A DNA stretch of 64,000 nucleotides. Origin: Thermodesulfobacteriota bacterium. GTDB lineage: Bacteria > Desulfobacterota_D > UBA1144 > Nemesobacterales > Nemesobacteraceae. The stretch is taken from positions 658,854 to 722,853 of the forward strand of contig OZ244851.1 in NCBI GenBank assembly GCA_965220925.1, given 5' to 3'. A model generated the notes under the pieces. The model did not search any database. It had not been told where the DNA came from and saw only the letters and a list, made by a program, of their open reading frames with translations. The first letter of the stretch is position 1. The number at the start of each line of letters is the position of its first letter. Positions 17,302 to 26,814 of the stretch are shown piece after piece. Position numbers and translations under genes: made by a program.

Positions 17302-17559
17302 TCACTTAATCGATAGGATAAATTCAGAAAGGTCGTCAATGGTATTGAGAACTTCGTAGCTTACTTCAGATTCATCTATAGATACTCCCAGTTCATCCTC
17401 AAGTTCCATAATGAATTCAAGAGTCGATACCGAATCTACGCCAACTCCGAGTTCAATAAGCGATTGATCGGCGGATAATTCCTCGGGCCTGAGAGCAAGA
17501 TTAAATCTGCTTATCACAACGCGCGTTATTCTATCAATGACTTGTTTTTTCGTTTTCAC
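17302..17559 (-). CDS. acyl/peptidyl carrier protein
   Basis: 85 aa, acidic. The 4'-phosphopantetheine attachment motif is LGVGVDSVSTLEFI (Ser in the DSx context). Its start overlaps the stop of the upstream ligase (ATGA). Confidence 0.7.
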   Translation of the reverse strand: MKTKKQVIDRITRVVISRFNLALRPEELSADQSLIELGVGVDSVSTLEFIMELEDELGVSIDESEVSYEVLNTIDDLSEFILSIK

Positions 17560-19001
17560 TTAAGTTTTTCCCTCAAGACTTTTCCCGCCGGACTTCTGGG
17601 AAGCGATTTGATAAAGTCAATCCCAGTGGGAATTTTGTAGCTGGAGATTTTACCTCTGCAAAAATCCACAATATCCCGCCTCGAAAGTCCGTCGGCTACT
17701 ATAAAAGCCTTCACTTCTTCCCTGCCGTTTGGACCGGGAACTCCGACAATGGCCGCTTCCGTTATTTTTTCGTGTGTCATAAGCAGATTCTCAACTTCGT
17801 GAGGGTCGACTTTATTTCCCGAAATATTGATGAAAAGCTTCTTTCTTCCTCGGATGAAAAGATACCCGTCCTTGTCAAACATTCCGATATCTCCTGTATA
17901 GTAGAAGCCGTCTATGAAAGTCCTTTCGGTCTCTTCCGGCAAATCCACGTAACCTGAAGTCATAGAAGGACTTTTTACGATAATTTCACCAAGTTGCCCA
18001 CAAGCAAGTTCGCATCCCGATTCGGAAATCACTTTTACGTTAACGTTTTTCACCGGAACTCCCACGGAAAGACGCTTCTCCTCTATGTTTTCCGCCGTAT
18101 TAATGGTAATTACTCCGGTTTCGGAAGAGCCGTAAAGTTGGCGCGGATAAACGCCGAAAGCACTATGAAAAGCATAAAATGTCTTCTCGTTCAAAGGAGC
18201 TCCCGCCGAAATAACGTGTTTTAACTTGGGAAAACTGTAGCTTCCCGAAGACTTTCGTCGCGCCAGAGTCTCAAGCGTGAAAGGAACGGAAGGCAGGACG
18301 GTTATTTCCTCTTTCTCCGTCAATGTCAAAACGTCTTTTCTGGTAAATTCTTCAAGAAGATAACAACATGCCCCGACGCTTAGGGCGCTTATCAGATTTC
18401 CAAGTCCGTAGGTATGGGATACTGGGATAGAAAAAAGAATTCTGTCTTCCCGGTTCCAGCTTATCGTGGCGGTGTGATTTCGCGCAAGCTCGATCATGTT
18501 ACGATGATTTCTCGCAACACACTTTGGCCTTCCGGTAGAACCGGTGGAAAAAAGGTAAATGGCTTCGCTCAAAAGAGAATCGGCGAACGAAACCGGTAAA
18601 TCGACTTTAAGAAAATTCTCCCGAGTCACGCAAACAGTTTTTATGTTTCCCGCGACCCGAGTGACGATTTCCGCAAAATCATCGTTTGTAACGATTAAAG
18701 CAGGCCGTGAGAATTCAAGATAGTGTCTCAATTCTTCCGTGCCGGAGGTACAATCAATCGGAACACATACCGCTCCCAATTTACCGGAGGAGAAAAGGGA
18801 AACTACAAAAGAGAGAGAATTCGGAAGAAAAACGCATATCCTGTCTCCTTGCGATATACCTAGCTCGAAAAGAAAAGAGGAAAAACCGTCAACGAAGCCA
18901 CAAAGTTCGGCGTAACTGTACACTTCCCCGCGGTGCCAAATCGCGGGTCTTCGGGAATTACGCTTCAGGTTGGAATAAAGTATTCGGCAATAGTTTCTCA
19001 T
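17556..19001 (-). CDS. AMP-dependent synthetase/ligase (adenylate-forming enzyme, acyl- or aminoacyl-carrier-protein ligase type)
   Basis: Adenylation core motifs are present: LFSTGSTGRPKCV (A3), YGSSETG (A5), YYTGDIGMFDKDGYLFIRGRKKLFINISGNKV (A7/A8), PRSPAGKVLREKL (A10). At 481 aa it is a compact stand-alone enzyme. Confidence 0.85.
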   Translation of the reverse strand: MRNYCRILYSNLKRNSRRPAIWHRGEVYSYAELCGFVDGFSSFLFELGISQGDRICVFLPNSLSFVVSLFSSGKLGAVCVPIDCTSGTEELRHYLEFSRPALIVTNDDFAEIVTRVAGNIKTVCVTRENFLKVDLPVSFADSLLSEAIYLFSTGSTGRPKCVARNHRNMIELARNHTATISWNREDRILFSIPVSHTYGLGNLISALSVGACCYLLEEFTRKDVLTLTEKEEITVLPSVPFTLETLARRKSSGSYSFPKLKHVISAGAPLNEKTFYAFHSAFGVYPRQLYGSSETGVITINTAENIEEKRLSVGVPVKNVNVKVISESGCELACGQLGEIIVKSPSMTSGYVDLPEETERTFIDGFYYTGDIGMFDKDGYLFIRGRKKLFINISGNKVDPHEVENLLMTHEKITEAAIVGVPGPNGREEVKAFIVADGLSRRDIVDFCRGKISSYKIPTGIDFIKSLPRSPAGKVLREKLK

Positions 19002-19237
19002 CAGATTGAATTTTCAGAAAAAAAGTAACACATCTTTCCGATTCGATCGTATACTCAAGAAAAGATAACGTTATTCCTCCAGGTACGCCAAATACGCGTT
19101 TTCGGCGAATCGAAAGTTCTCTCCCACAGGCAAACAGGCTAGAGTCTTATCATAAACGGAATAAAGCCGCATTTGCCGTCTCCCCGAATCGCCCTCTCCT
19201 CCCCTTGCAAACCGTGGACGCGCGGCTTGCGGTATGT

Positions 19238-20269
19238 TTAGGGAAAAAGAGGATTCATTTCGAGTCCTTCTTCTTCACGAAAACCGAACGCGATATTCAT
19301 GTTCTGAACGGCCTGACCCGCCGCCCCTTTCATAAGGTTATCAAGAACCGACACTATGATAAGATGCTCTTCGCGAACGCAAAATCCCAAGGAAAGATAG
19401 TTGGAACATGAACCGGAGGCAATTGCGGGAACTCCGTCGTCGAGAATTCGGATAAAAGCATCTTTATCGTAAAACTCTAGATAAAGTTCTCTTACGGTAT
19501 CCAAGGAAACCAAAGGATGCGGTTTTATGTAGGAAACGGCCATTATACCTCTTTTAACCGGAACACGGGTATTAAAAAAAAGAACTCTTTTCTCCTTATC
19601 GCAAAAAGAAGACAGAATCTTCTCGACTTCATATTTTTGATCTTGTCCTCCGGGGTATTCCGAAGACAAGTCTTCTTTTACCTCAGGATAGTGGCTTTCG
19701 GATTTGGGGGCTCTTCCGGAAGTTGAAAAAGAGGATTTGATGTCGACTATGATTATATCTTCTTCCGTATTTCCGGCACTAAGAAAAGGCGCCAATCCGA
19801 GCGATACGCATGTGGCGTAGCAACCCGCGTTAGCGATGAAGGACGCGTTTTTAATTTTCTCTCGGTTAAGTTCGCTTAGACCGTAAACCGCACGGGGGAG
19901 CAATTCGGGAAATCTGGGAGCTTTTCCATGAACCCGTGAATAATCGTCGGGGCTTGAAAACCGGAAATCCGGACTCAAATCAATAACTCTTGAACCTTTT
20001 TCAAGAAATTTTTTCACGAAAATCGCAGAGACTCCGCCCGGCAGACAGGAGAAAACAATATCGATCGGTTCCGCATACCCGATTTTCGATACGGAAATTA
20101 AGGGAATATCCACCAGGCCGGACAGATGCGCAAACGCCTCACCGGTTCTGACGCCTGAGAATTTCTCCGAAGTCAGTATGCGCAAGTCCACTTCTTTGTG
20201 GCGCGCCAGAATAGACAGTAGCTGCTGACCTACGTAACCAGTTACTCCAAGAATTGCCGTTTTGAGCAT
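19238..20269 (-). CDS. argC: N-acetyl-gamma-glutamyl-phosphate reductase
   Basis: N-terminal Rossmann ILGVTGYVGQQLL and the catalytic-Cys motif ANAGCYATC. Length 343 aa. Confidence 0.9.
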   Translation of the reverse strand: MLKTAILGVTGYVGQQLLSILARHKEVDLRILTSEKFSGVRTGEAFAHLSGLVDIPLISVSKIGYAEPIDIVFSCLPGGVSAIFVKKFLEKGSRVIDLSPDFRFSSPDDYSRVHGKAPRFPELLPRAVYGLSELNREKIKNASFIANAGCYATCVSLGLAPFLSAGNTEEDIIIVDIKSSFSTSGRAPKSESHYPEVKEDLSSEYPGGQDQKYEVEKILSSFCDKEKRVLFFNTRVPVKRGIMAVSYIKPHPLVSLDTVRELYLEFYDKDAFIRILDDGVPAIASGSCSNYLSLGFCVREEHLIIVSVLDNLMKGAAGQAVQNMNIAFGFREEEGLEMNPLFP

Positions 20270-20380
20270 CTGTTTTTCCGAAAAACGTTTTTTTCTCGCG
20301 GCAACGGAAATTTTACCGTTCTCAAACGATCATGGCTTCCCGATCCGGCTTGGGGGAAAATAATTCGGTAGCGAAAATAT

Positions 20381-21709
20381 CTATTGCACGTTTTCAAGCT
20401 TCTGAGAGATCGCCGTCGTAAACACCCTGTCCATCCATTGCTCAATGCTTTTGCGGTAGGTTTTTCCTATAAGCTTCTTAACTTCTTCCATGGGAATCAC
20501 GGCTTTTGCGTAAGACCTGTGTCCGCCGGCACTTCCAATTTCGTTAAAAAGCTCGAAAAGAAGCCTTCCGGCGCTCCTTACAGAACCGATTTTCCTTACG
20601 CATATAACTATATGGGAACCGGAAATTATTCCGAAAGCGATCGACCATTCGACTCCTTCCACTCTGATACCCATATCGGCCAGCTGAGAAATTAAATGCT
20701 CTTTCTCTATTCTTCCCAAATTCATGAAAATTATTCCGTCTTTTATCCAATGCCTAGAAAGCGCCTCGCCGTAACACTTAACCTCTTCGGAATATATGTT
20801 TTTGGATTCTATCTTTCTCAGCAATCCCAAATCGGCTTTGTTATACAGATAGGTGAACGCTTCAATATCGTCAAGATCGGCTCCTCTGTTTAGAGTTATG
20901 GTATCGGTTTTTATACCGTAGAGAAGCGCGGTCGAGAGTCTTGCGGGAATTTCCACTTGAGCGGCTCTGAGAAACCGGGTCATTATCGTCGCGGTAGCAC
21001 CTTCTTCGGAACTTATTTCGGTGAATTTCGCGTCACACTCGGGAGTTCTTGGATGATGATCAATTACCGAGTCGATACTGGTGACCGAACCTCTGAAATA
21101 AGAAGGCTGAACATCGACAAGCGCGATGGAATCGAAAGTTCTTATATCTTCCCGGGAAAGAATCATCACTTCTATTCCTAGAAGCTGCACCATAGCCACG
21201 TTTTCGGGTCTTGATATCTTCTCTCCCAAGTAACCTATGGTGGCGGTCTTTTTGTTTCTTCCAAGAAGAGTCCGAAGAGCCAAAGCGCTTGCGATCGCGT
21301 CGGGGTCGGGGTGATTATGCACGAGAATGAGCAGTTTTTTGGCGTGCCGGTGAACGTTTCGCAGTTCCCTGACGGAAATTTCCGCTCTGGCGAGTTTCTC
21401 CTCATACGATATCTGTCTGTCGACGACTTCGTCGAACTTCACGTATCTTGTGGAATAAGAGTCTCTTCTCTTTCCGCCGTTTGCGGAAACGATAACGGGA
21501 CTTTCGGGATAAACGGAATAAAGGTTGGATAGCGCTTCTTCGCTAGAAAGTTTGTTGCTTATAACTATGAGGGTAAAACCGCCTTTCTGGTTAAGCGCGT
21601 CCTGCATGGACTCAAGCTGCAGAACCTGTCCTCTATTTTTAAAAAGACTCATCAAGAGAAGGTCAAATTCTCCGATGAACATATATCTTCTTTTTTCGTC
21701 AGTATTCAT
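20381..21709 (-). CDS. DHH-DHHA1 phosphoesterase (NrnA-like) with an ~120-aa N-terminal extension
   Basis: DHH motif LVHNHPDPDAIASALAL and C-terminal DHHA1 GSAGGHRSYAKA. The first ~120 aa have an alpha/beta receiver-like pattern but no obvious phospho-acceptor Asp. Confidence 0.7.
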   Translation of the reverse strand: MNTDEKRRYMFIGEFDLLLMSLFKNRGQVLQLESMQDALNQKGGFTLIVISNKLSSEEALSNLYSVYPESPVIVSANGGKRRDSYSTRYVKFDEVVDRQISYEEKLARAEISVRELRNVHRHAKKLLILVHNHPDPDAIASALALRTLLGRNKKTATIGYLGEKISRPENVAMVQLLGIEVMILSREDIRTFDSIALVDVQPSYFRGSVTSIDSVIDHHPRTPECDAKFTEISSEEGATATIMTRFLRAAQVEIPARLSTALLYGIKTDTITLNRGADLDDIEAFTYLYNKADLGLLRKIESKNIYSEEVKCYGEALSRHWIKDGIIFMNLGRIEKEHLISQLADMGIRVEGVEWSIAFGIISGSHIVICVRKIGSVRSAGRLLFELFNEIGSAGGHRSYAKAVIPMEEVKKLIGKTYRKSIEQWMDRVFTTAISQKLENVQ

Positions 21710-21730
21710 AACGTGTGGAGTGCGGAACGT

Positions 21731-22531
21731 CTATCTGTAGCAGGCGGCGCTTAGATCCCGCGTTAATTTTGAGATTTCGCGCAATATTCGTTCCTTGGAA
21801 TTCCCTCCGTTCTCAATTATTCTCACAAGCGCGCTTCCGACGATAACCGCGTCGGAAAAAGCGGCTATTCCGGCCGCCTGTTTCGGATAGGACACTCCAA
21901 ATCCGACTCCGACAGGGAGTTCGGAGTGACTTTTGATTCTCGCGACAAGATCTTGAAGATCGTAATTCATCTCCGGACGCGCACCGGTAACTCCCGTGAC
22001 TGAAACCACGTATATAAAGCCGGTGGCGTTTTGCGAAACGATCTCCATCCTCTCGTCGGTACTTGTGGGAGCAAGCAGAAAAATAAGATCAAGTTCTTCC
22101 CGTTCGGCGTGAATACCGAGTTCGCAAGCTTCTTCCGGGGGTAAATCGACAACCAGCACTCCGTCGGCTCCGGCTCCCCTGGCATCTCGCGCGAATCTAT
22201 CGGTGCCGTAGGAAAAAAACGGATTGTAATAACCGAACAGTATTATCGGAATATTCGATTTGGCTCTTATTCTTTTTACAAGTTCTAAAACGTCGCAAAC
22301 GGAAGTGGAGTTTCGCAAGGCTCTCTGCGAAGCGGCCTGAATTACCGGTCCGTCGGCCATCGGGTCGGAAAACGGAATACCGATTTCGATCATGTCGGCA
22401 CCTGAGGCTTCCATACGGTCGACTATCCTTTCGGTAAAATCAATATCGGGATCGCCGGCGGTAATGTAGCAGATGAGAGCCGCCTTGTTTTTTTCGCGAA
22501 GCTCGCGAAACTTTTCCTCTATTCTTCTCAT
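21731..22531 (-). CDS. trpA: tryptophan synthase alpha chain
   Basis: From Met-41 of the listed ORF, MRRIEEKFRELREKNKAALICYITAGDPD...EIGIPFSDPMADGPVIQ aligns with the TrpA N-terminus. The upstream 40 codons of the ORF are spurious extension. The start is set at 22531. Confidence 0.9.
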   Translation of the reverse strand: MRRIEEKFRELREKNKAALICYITAGDPDIDFTERIVDRMEASGADMIEIGIPFSDPMADGPVIQAASQRALRNSTSVCDVLELVKRIRAKSNIPIILFGYYNPFFSYGTDRFARDARGAGADGVLVVDLPPEEACELGIHAEREELDLIFLLAPTSTDERMEIVSQNATGFIYVVSVTGVTGARPEMNYDLQDLVARIKSHSELPVGVGFGVSYPKQAAGIAAFSDAVIVGSALVRIIENGGNSKERILREISKLTRDLSAACYR

Positions 22532-22622
22532 GTACTTTCGACAACCCACACCCCCCGGTGCGGATCGAGAGTGCGAAAACCATTGGTAAGCAGAATAAAA
22601 TTGAACTCCAGCCCTCGCAATT

Positions 22623-22651
22623 TTTATATACACGAGCGCGAGTATTGTCAA
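22623..22651 (-). promoter_or_regulatory. candidate internal sigma70 promoter (TTGACA-17 nt-TATAAA) in the 140-bp trpB-trpA gap
   Basis: The reverse strand reads TTGACA atactcgcgctcgtgta TATAAA. The -10 element lies about 90 nt upstream of the trpA ATG. Confidence 0.4.
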
Positions 22652-22672
22652 GTACGCCTGAGTCGAAGGAAT

Positions 22673-23887
22673 TCAGCCTCCACTTCCTTTTATGAAGTCG
22701 GAAGCGGTGTGTATGTCCTTGTCTCCCCTTCCCGAGAGGCAGATCACAACCACTTGTTCGGGAGACATCGAAGGCGCTATTTTACGGACGTGAGCCACGG
22801 CGTGAGAAGTTTCGAGGGCGGGTATTATTCCTTCAACCTCGGAGAGGAAGGAAAACGCGGAAAGAGCCTCTTCATCCGTTACGGAGACGTAATCCACCAT
22901 TGCGGCATCTTGAAAATAAGAATGCTCCGGACCCACTCCCGGGTAATCAAGACCCGCGGCGACGGAGTGTGCGCCCTTAACTTGACCACTTCCGTTTTGA
23001 AGAAGATAGGTTTTGCTTCCGTGCAAAACTCCAACCGATCCCGCCGTTATGGTAGCGGAATGAAAGTCGGTCTCAAGACCGTGTCCGGCGGCCTCCACTC
23101 CAATTTTCCTTACCCGCGGATTCTCTATGAACGGAAAGAAAAGCCCCATAGCGTTTGAACCGCCTCCGACGCAGGCTACCAGAGTGTCGGGAAGTTTTCC
23201 TTCAAGATCAAGTATCTGCTTCATCGTCTCTTTGCCGATTACCGATTGAAAATCCCTTACCATCATAGGATACGGATGAGGACCGGCGACGCTTCCTATT
23301 ATATAAAAAGTGTTTCTCACGTTTGTGATCCAATCTCTCATGGCTTCGTTCATCGCGTCTTTTAGAGTCTTAGTTCCGCAAGTAACCGGAACAACTTCGG
23401 ATCCAAGAAGCTTCATGCGGAAAACGTTCATTTCCTGACGCCTGATATCTTCTTCTCCCATGTATATCACGCATTCTTTGTTCATAAGCGCCGCGACGGT
23501 AGCGGTCGCCACGCCGTGTTGTCCGGCTCCGGTTTCCGCTATTATTCTTTCCTTGCCCATTCTCTCAGATAGAATCGCCTGTCCTATGGTGTTGTTTATT
23601 TTATGCGCGCCTGTATGAGCCAAATCCTCTCTTTTAAGATATATCTTCGCGCCGCCGAGTTTCTCGGTCATTCTTCGCGCGTAATAAAGCGGCGTGGGCC
23701 TTCCCACGTATTCGCTTAAGTAATAATCGACTTCCGACTGGAAAGTCTCATCAAGCGAAGCCTCTTCGTAAGCTCTCTGAAGGTCCGTAAGCGCCGGCAT
23801 AAGGGTTTCGGAAACGTAACGACCGCCGAAATCGCCGAAATGACCTCCGGCATCGGGATAGTTGTATCTTTGGTTTTCAAGCGCCAT
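22673..23887 (-). CDS. trpB: tryptophan synthase beta chain
   Basis: PLP-lysine region [16 protein letters not shown] and GGGSNAMG. The 404-aa protein aligns throughout with TrpB. Confidence 0.95.
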   Translation of the reverse strand: MALENQRYNYPDAGGHFGDFGGRYVSETLMPALTDLQRAYEEASLDETFQSEVDYYLSEYVGRPTPLYYARRMTEKLGGAKIYLKREDLAHTGAHKINNTIGQAILSERMGKERIIAETGAGQHGVATATVAALMNKECVIYMGEEDIRRQEMNVFRMKLLGSEVVPVTCGTKTLKDAMNEAMRDWITNVRNTFYIIGSVAGPHPYPMMVRDFQSVIGKETMKQILDLEGKLPDTLVACVGGGSNAMGLFFPFIENPRVRKIGVEAAGHGLETDFHSATITAGSVGVLHGSKTYLLQNGSGQVKGAHSVAAGLDYPGVGPEHSYFQDAAMVDYVSVTDEEALSAFSFLSEVEGIIPALETSHAVAHVRKIAPSMSPEQVVVICLSGRGDKDIHTASDFIKGSGG

Positions 23888-24494
23888 TTCTCAAAGCCTC
23901 CATAAACAGTTTTAGTTTGGAACGATCTTTTACGCCCGGAGATTTCTCAACTCCCGAACTTACGTCAATCGCGTAGGGATTCACCCGTCGCACGGCGTCC
24001 GCGACGTTTTGGAGATTAAGCCCACCGGAGAGAATAATGAATTTATCCTTAAATTCCCCTTCTTCAAGAATTTCCCAGGAAAAGCTCTCTCCCGTCCCTC
24101 CGTACGCATGAGCCGAATAACTGTCGAGAAGAAACGTGTCGGTATCGTAAAGATTTACGACCGAAAGGCTTCCCGCGTTTTTTACTCTTACGGCTTTTAT
24201 GTATTTCTCCCGAAGTTCGGCGCAAAATTCGGGAGTTTCGTCTCCGTGCAGCTGATAAACGTCAAAACCCGCGACTTCTTTGGTCTTTTTGAGAAAACTC
24301 ATATCGGCGTTTACGAACACCCCGACTTTGGTTACGAACGGAGGAAGCTTCCCGATTATCTCTTTTGCCTCGTCCGGAGCGATATATCTCGGACTTTTTT
24401 CGTAAAAAACAAAACCGAGGGCGGAAGCTCCCAGCGAAACGGCCAACCGCGCGTCTTTGGAACTGGTTATTCCACATACTTTGACTGTCGTCAT
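23877..24494 (-). CDS. trpF: phosphoribosylanthranilate isomerase
   Basis: [12 protein letters not shown]...[13 protein letters not shown]...[11 protein letters not shown] is a typical PRAI TIM barrel. The stop overlaps the trpB start. Confidence 0.85.
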   Translation of the reverse strand: MTTVKVCGITSSKDARLAVSLGASALGFVFYEKSPRYIAPDEAKEIIGKLPPFVTKVGVFVNADMSFLKKTKEVAGFDVYQLHGDETPEFCAELREKYIKAVRVKNAGSLSVVNLYDTDTFLLDSYSAHAYGGTGESFSWEILEEGEFKDKFIILSGGLNLQNVADAVRRVNPYAIDVSSGVEKSPGVKDRSKLKLFMEALRNGA

Positions 24495-24581
24495 TTGCGA
24501 TTAATGCTAACCGATAAGACGAAAACAAATAAATGTATATGGAGAGAGTTTTAAAGGAAATCCGCAGTGCGGAGTCTGAGT

Positions 24582-24618
24582 AAAAAAACCCTTCCGTATC
24601 CTTTTTGGATACGGAAGG
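24582..24618 (-). terminator. rho-independent terminator after the porin gene (minus strand)
   Basis: A perfect 12-bp stem CCTTCCGTATCC / GGATACGGAAGG with a ttttt loop. On the minus-strand transcript it is followed by U7 (plus-strand A7 at 24582-24588). Confidence 0.8.
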
Positions 24619-24673
24619 ACGATAAGCATACAAATCAACTAAAGATAAGGAAAAAATATTGTTTCGCGCTACT

Positions 24674-25945
24674 TTAGAAATAGGCCTGAACCTGCGCCCT
24701 CACCATCGTTTCGTCCTCTTCGGTGCCGTCAAGACCTTCTTCTCTCTGAAGAGTGTAGTCAAGCTGCACTTTCCACTTATGGTTGCCACTCAGATAGTAG
24801 TTAAGTCCCTGAGTGAGCGTCCATACTTTGTCAAGATCGTTTCCACCGACAACGCCGTTATCGTCGTCAAACATGACCATAGCGTATCTGGATGCAAGCT
24901 CGACTTTTTTCGGCACCACGAAGAAACCGCCCTGAACCCTGAAACCGGAATCGTACGCGGTTCCCACTCCGGCTTCGTCGGAATTCACCCATCTTCCGAC
25001 ATACTCGCCGGTAAGGTTGAACCTGGGATCCCTGTAGTTTGCGTCGGCGGTGATAGAAGTTACCTTTCCGCTATCGAGGACTCTCTCTCCGCCCGGTATT
25101 CCAATATTGGAATCATTACTCGACTCAACATCTATCCCCGAGACGGCCGCTCCGAGGGTAAGAGCCGGTTTTTTGGCGAAATTCTCTTTTACTTTCTTCG
25201 CGTTTTCGCCCATAAGCGCCGCTTGAATTCTAGCCGCCCAGAGCATTCCGGTATCGTCATCGTCGTTCTTAGCGTTCACGCCTTCGCCTTGGAAAACGCC
25301 GAGGTCATAGCGAACCATGCCGTCTGAGAGAAGGCCGTAAATACCCACGCCGATATCTCTGTCATACTCGAAGTAGTCGGTTATGATTGAACGACCGACG
25401 AGCTGAAGCGCGGAAGAGGAGTTAAGAACCTCTCGGTTGAAGGGAACTTTGTACTGACCCACGACCGGGACGAAAGCTTTGTCTTTGGCGAACGAAAGCT
25501 TGAGATCCTTGAGTTCGCCCTCTCCCGAGAAATCGTACTGCACTTTATATTTCATCCAGGGCGCGAAAGCGTTACCGTCCCAAGTAACCCTAAGCCTTCT
25601 CACTCTAAATCCGAGATTCTCGTTATCGTCTCCCTCGGGGTTCAGGTAATTGGCGAGGAACTGACCGCGAAGCCTCATTCTAAGCTTGTAGTTATTATCC
25701 GCGGTCTCGAAAGTGAGACCGGCACCTTTTTTTGTCTCGACCTTTATATCGTTATACCGGGCTTTTGTGTCCTTTGCCTCGTACGTCATCATGTTCATCT
25801 TCTGACTCTGCTCCTCAAGCCTCTCTATTTGTTCCTTGAGCCGCTGAATCTGAATTTTGATGTCCGCCTGGTCGGCGCGCGCCGAGGGGGACGCGAGGCA
25901 AAAAATCGTCATGAAAGAAGCTGCTAAAACCGCTAAACTTCTCAT
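24674..25945 (-). CDS. phosphate-selective porin O/P family (OprP/OprO-like)
   Basis: Signal peptide, then an N-terminal coiled-coil region (IQRLKEQIERLEEQSQK), then a beta-barrel rich in Lys/Arg ending in ...QVQAYF. Divergent from phoB and embedded in the Pho cluster. Confidence 0.75.
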   Translation of the reverse strand: MRSLAVLAASFMTIFCLASPSARADQADIKIQIQRLKEQIERLEEQSQKMNMMTYEAKDTKARYNDIKVETKKGAGLTFETADNNYKLRMRLRGQFLANYLNPEGDDNENLGFRVRRLRVTWDGNAFAPWMKYKVQYDFSGEGELKDLKLSFAKDKAFVPVVGQYKVPFNREVLNSSSALQLVGRSIITDYFEYDRDIGVGIYGLLSDGMVRYDLGVFQGEGVNAKNDDDDTGMLWAARIQAALMGENAKKVKENFAKKPALTLGAAVSGIDVESSNDSNIGIPGGERVLDSGKVTSITADANYRDPRFNLTGEYVGRWVNSDEAGVGTAYDSGFRVQGGFFVVPKKVELASRYAMVMFDDDNGVVGGNDLDKVWTLTQGLNYYLSGNHKWKVQLDYTLQREEGLDGTEEDETMVRAQVQAYF

Positions 25946-26016
25946 CGCATATCCTCCTTAGTGTGTTATTGCTCTTGTTGTAATGAGCAACTTGCGCTAA
26001 AGAATATTGAGGGACG

Positions 26017-26055
26017 GTTAATTTAGAATAAACGGATTATTAGTTTTATGTTAAG
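26017..26055 (-). promoter_or_regulatory. candidate Pho-box array: four 11-bp-phased repeats CTTAAC / ACTAAT / GTTTAT / ATTAAC in the oprP-phoB divergent region
   Basis: Read in the oprP orientation: CTTAAC-N5-ACTAAT-N5-GTTTAT-N5-ATTAAC, then 10 nt, then TATTCT (a -10-like element at 26001-26006). A leader ending in the Shine-Dalgarno AAGGAGGA follows. Confidence 0.4.
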
Positions 26056-26115
26056 AGGCTATTGCAAGCGATTGATGTACGCATTTGAATTCTGTAGATT
26101 ATAAAAGACTCGGAT

Positions 26116-26814
26116 ATGGAAAAAATTATAGCGGTAGTAGACGACGAAAAAGATATTCTAAATCTGATAAGCCACCACCTAAAACGCGAGGGGTACCGAG
26201 TAAAATCGTTTCAGAGCGGGAAAGACTTCCTTCTCTACATAAATTCCGTTCCGCCCGACTTGGTACTTCTGGATATCATGCTCCCTGGAATGGACGGTCT
26301 TGAAATCTGCAGAATTTTGAAAAACAAACCCTCGACAAGCTCCATACCGATAATAATGATCACCGCGAAATCGACCGAGGCCGATGTGGTAGTGGGTCTT
26401 GAACTGGGAGCCGACGACTACATAGTGAAGCCTTTTCGAGTTCGGGAACTCGTAGCGAGAGTGAAAAGCATGTTGAGAAGATATTCAAGCAAAGAGGGAA
26501 TGGACGGCGTTCTCCACGTCGGTCCCCTGAACATAGATTCCGCAAGCTACGAAGTATCTGTAAACTCGAAAAAAATCGATCTTACCACGACCGAATTCAA
26601 AATACTCGAGACCTTGGGGGAAGCGAAGGGAAAAGTGTTCACTCGAGATCAGCTGCTTAAAAGAAAGACTCTTTGGGGAGATGAAAGAGTGGTTTTTGAC
26701 AGAACGATAGACGTTCACATTAAAAACCTTAGGGAAAAGCTTGGCACCGCTGGTAAAATGATAAAAACCGTAAGAGGAATCGGTTACAAACTAGACGAAA
26801 TTCAAACGGTTTGA
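26116..26814 (+). CDS. phoB: phosphate regulon response regulator (OmpR/PhoB family)
   Basis: Receiver domain (VVDDEKDI...LDIMLPGMDG...IIMITAK) plus a winged-helix domain (TTTEFKILETL...VRGIGYKL). Confidence 0.9.
   Translation: MEKIIAVVDDEKDILNLISHHLKREGYRVKSFQSGKDFLLYINSVPPDLVLLDIMLPGMDGLEICRILKNKPSTSSIPIIMITAKSTEADVVVGLELGADDYIVKPFRVRELVARVKSMLRRYSSKEGMDGVLHVGPLNIDSASYEVSVNSKKIDLTTTEFKILETLGEAKGKVFTRDQLLKRKTLWGDERVVFDRTIDVHIKNLREKLGTAGKMIKTVRGIGYKLDEIQTV

Noticed and set aside
24009-25327. Plus-strand ORFs of 181 and 222 aa and a minus-strand 123-aa ORF overlapping trpF and the OprP-like porin
   Set aside because: They are antisense or off-frame to confidently identified genes. The 24582-24618 terminator hairpin also lies inside them.
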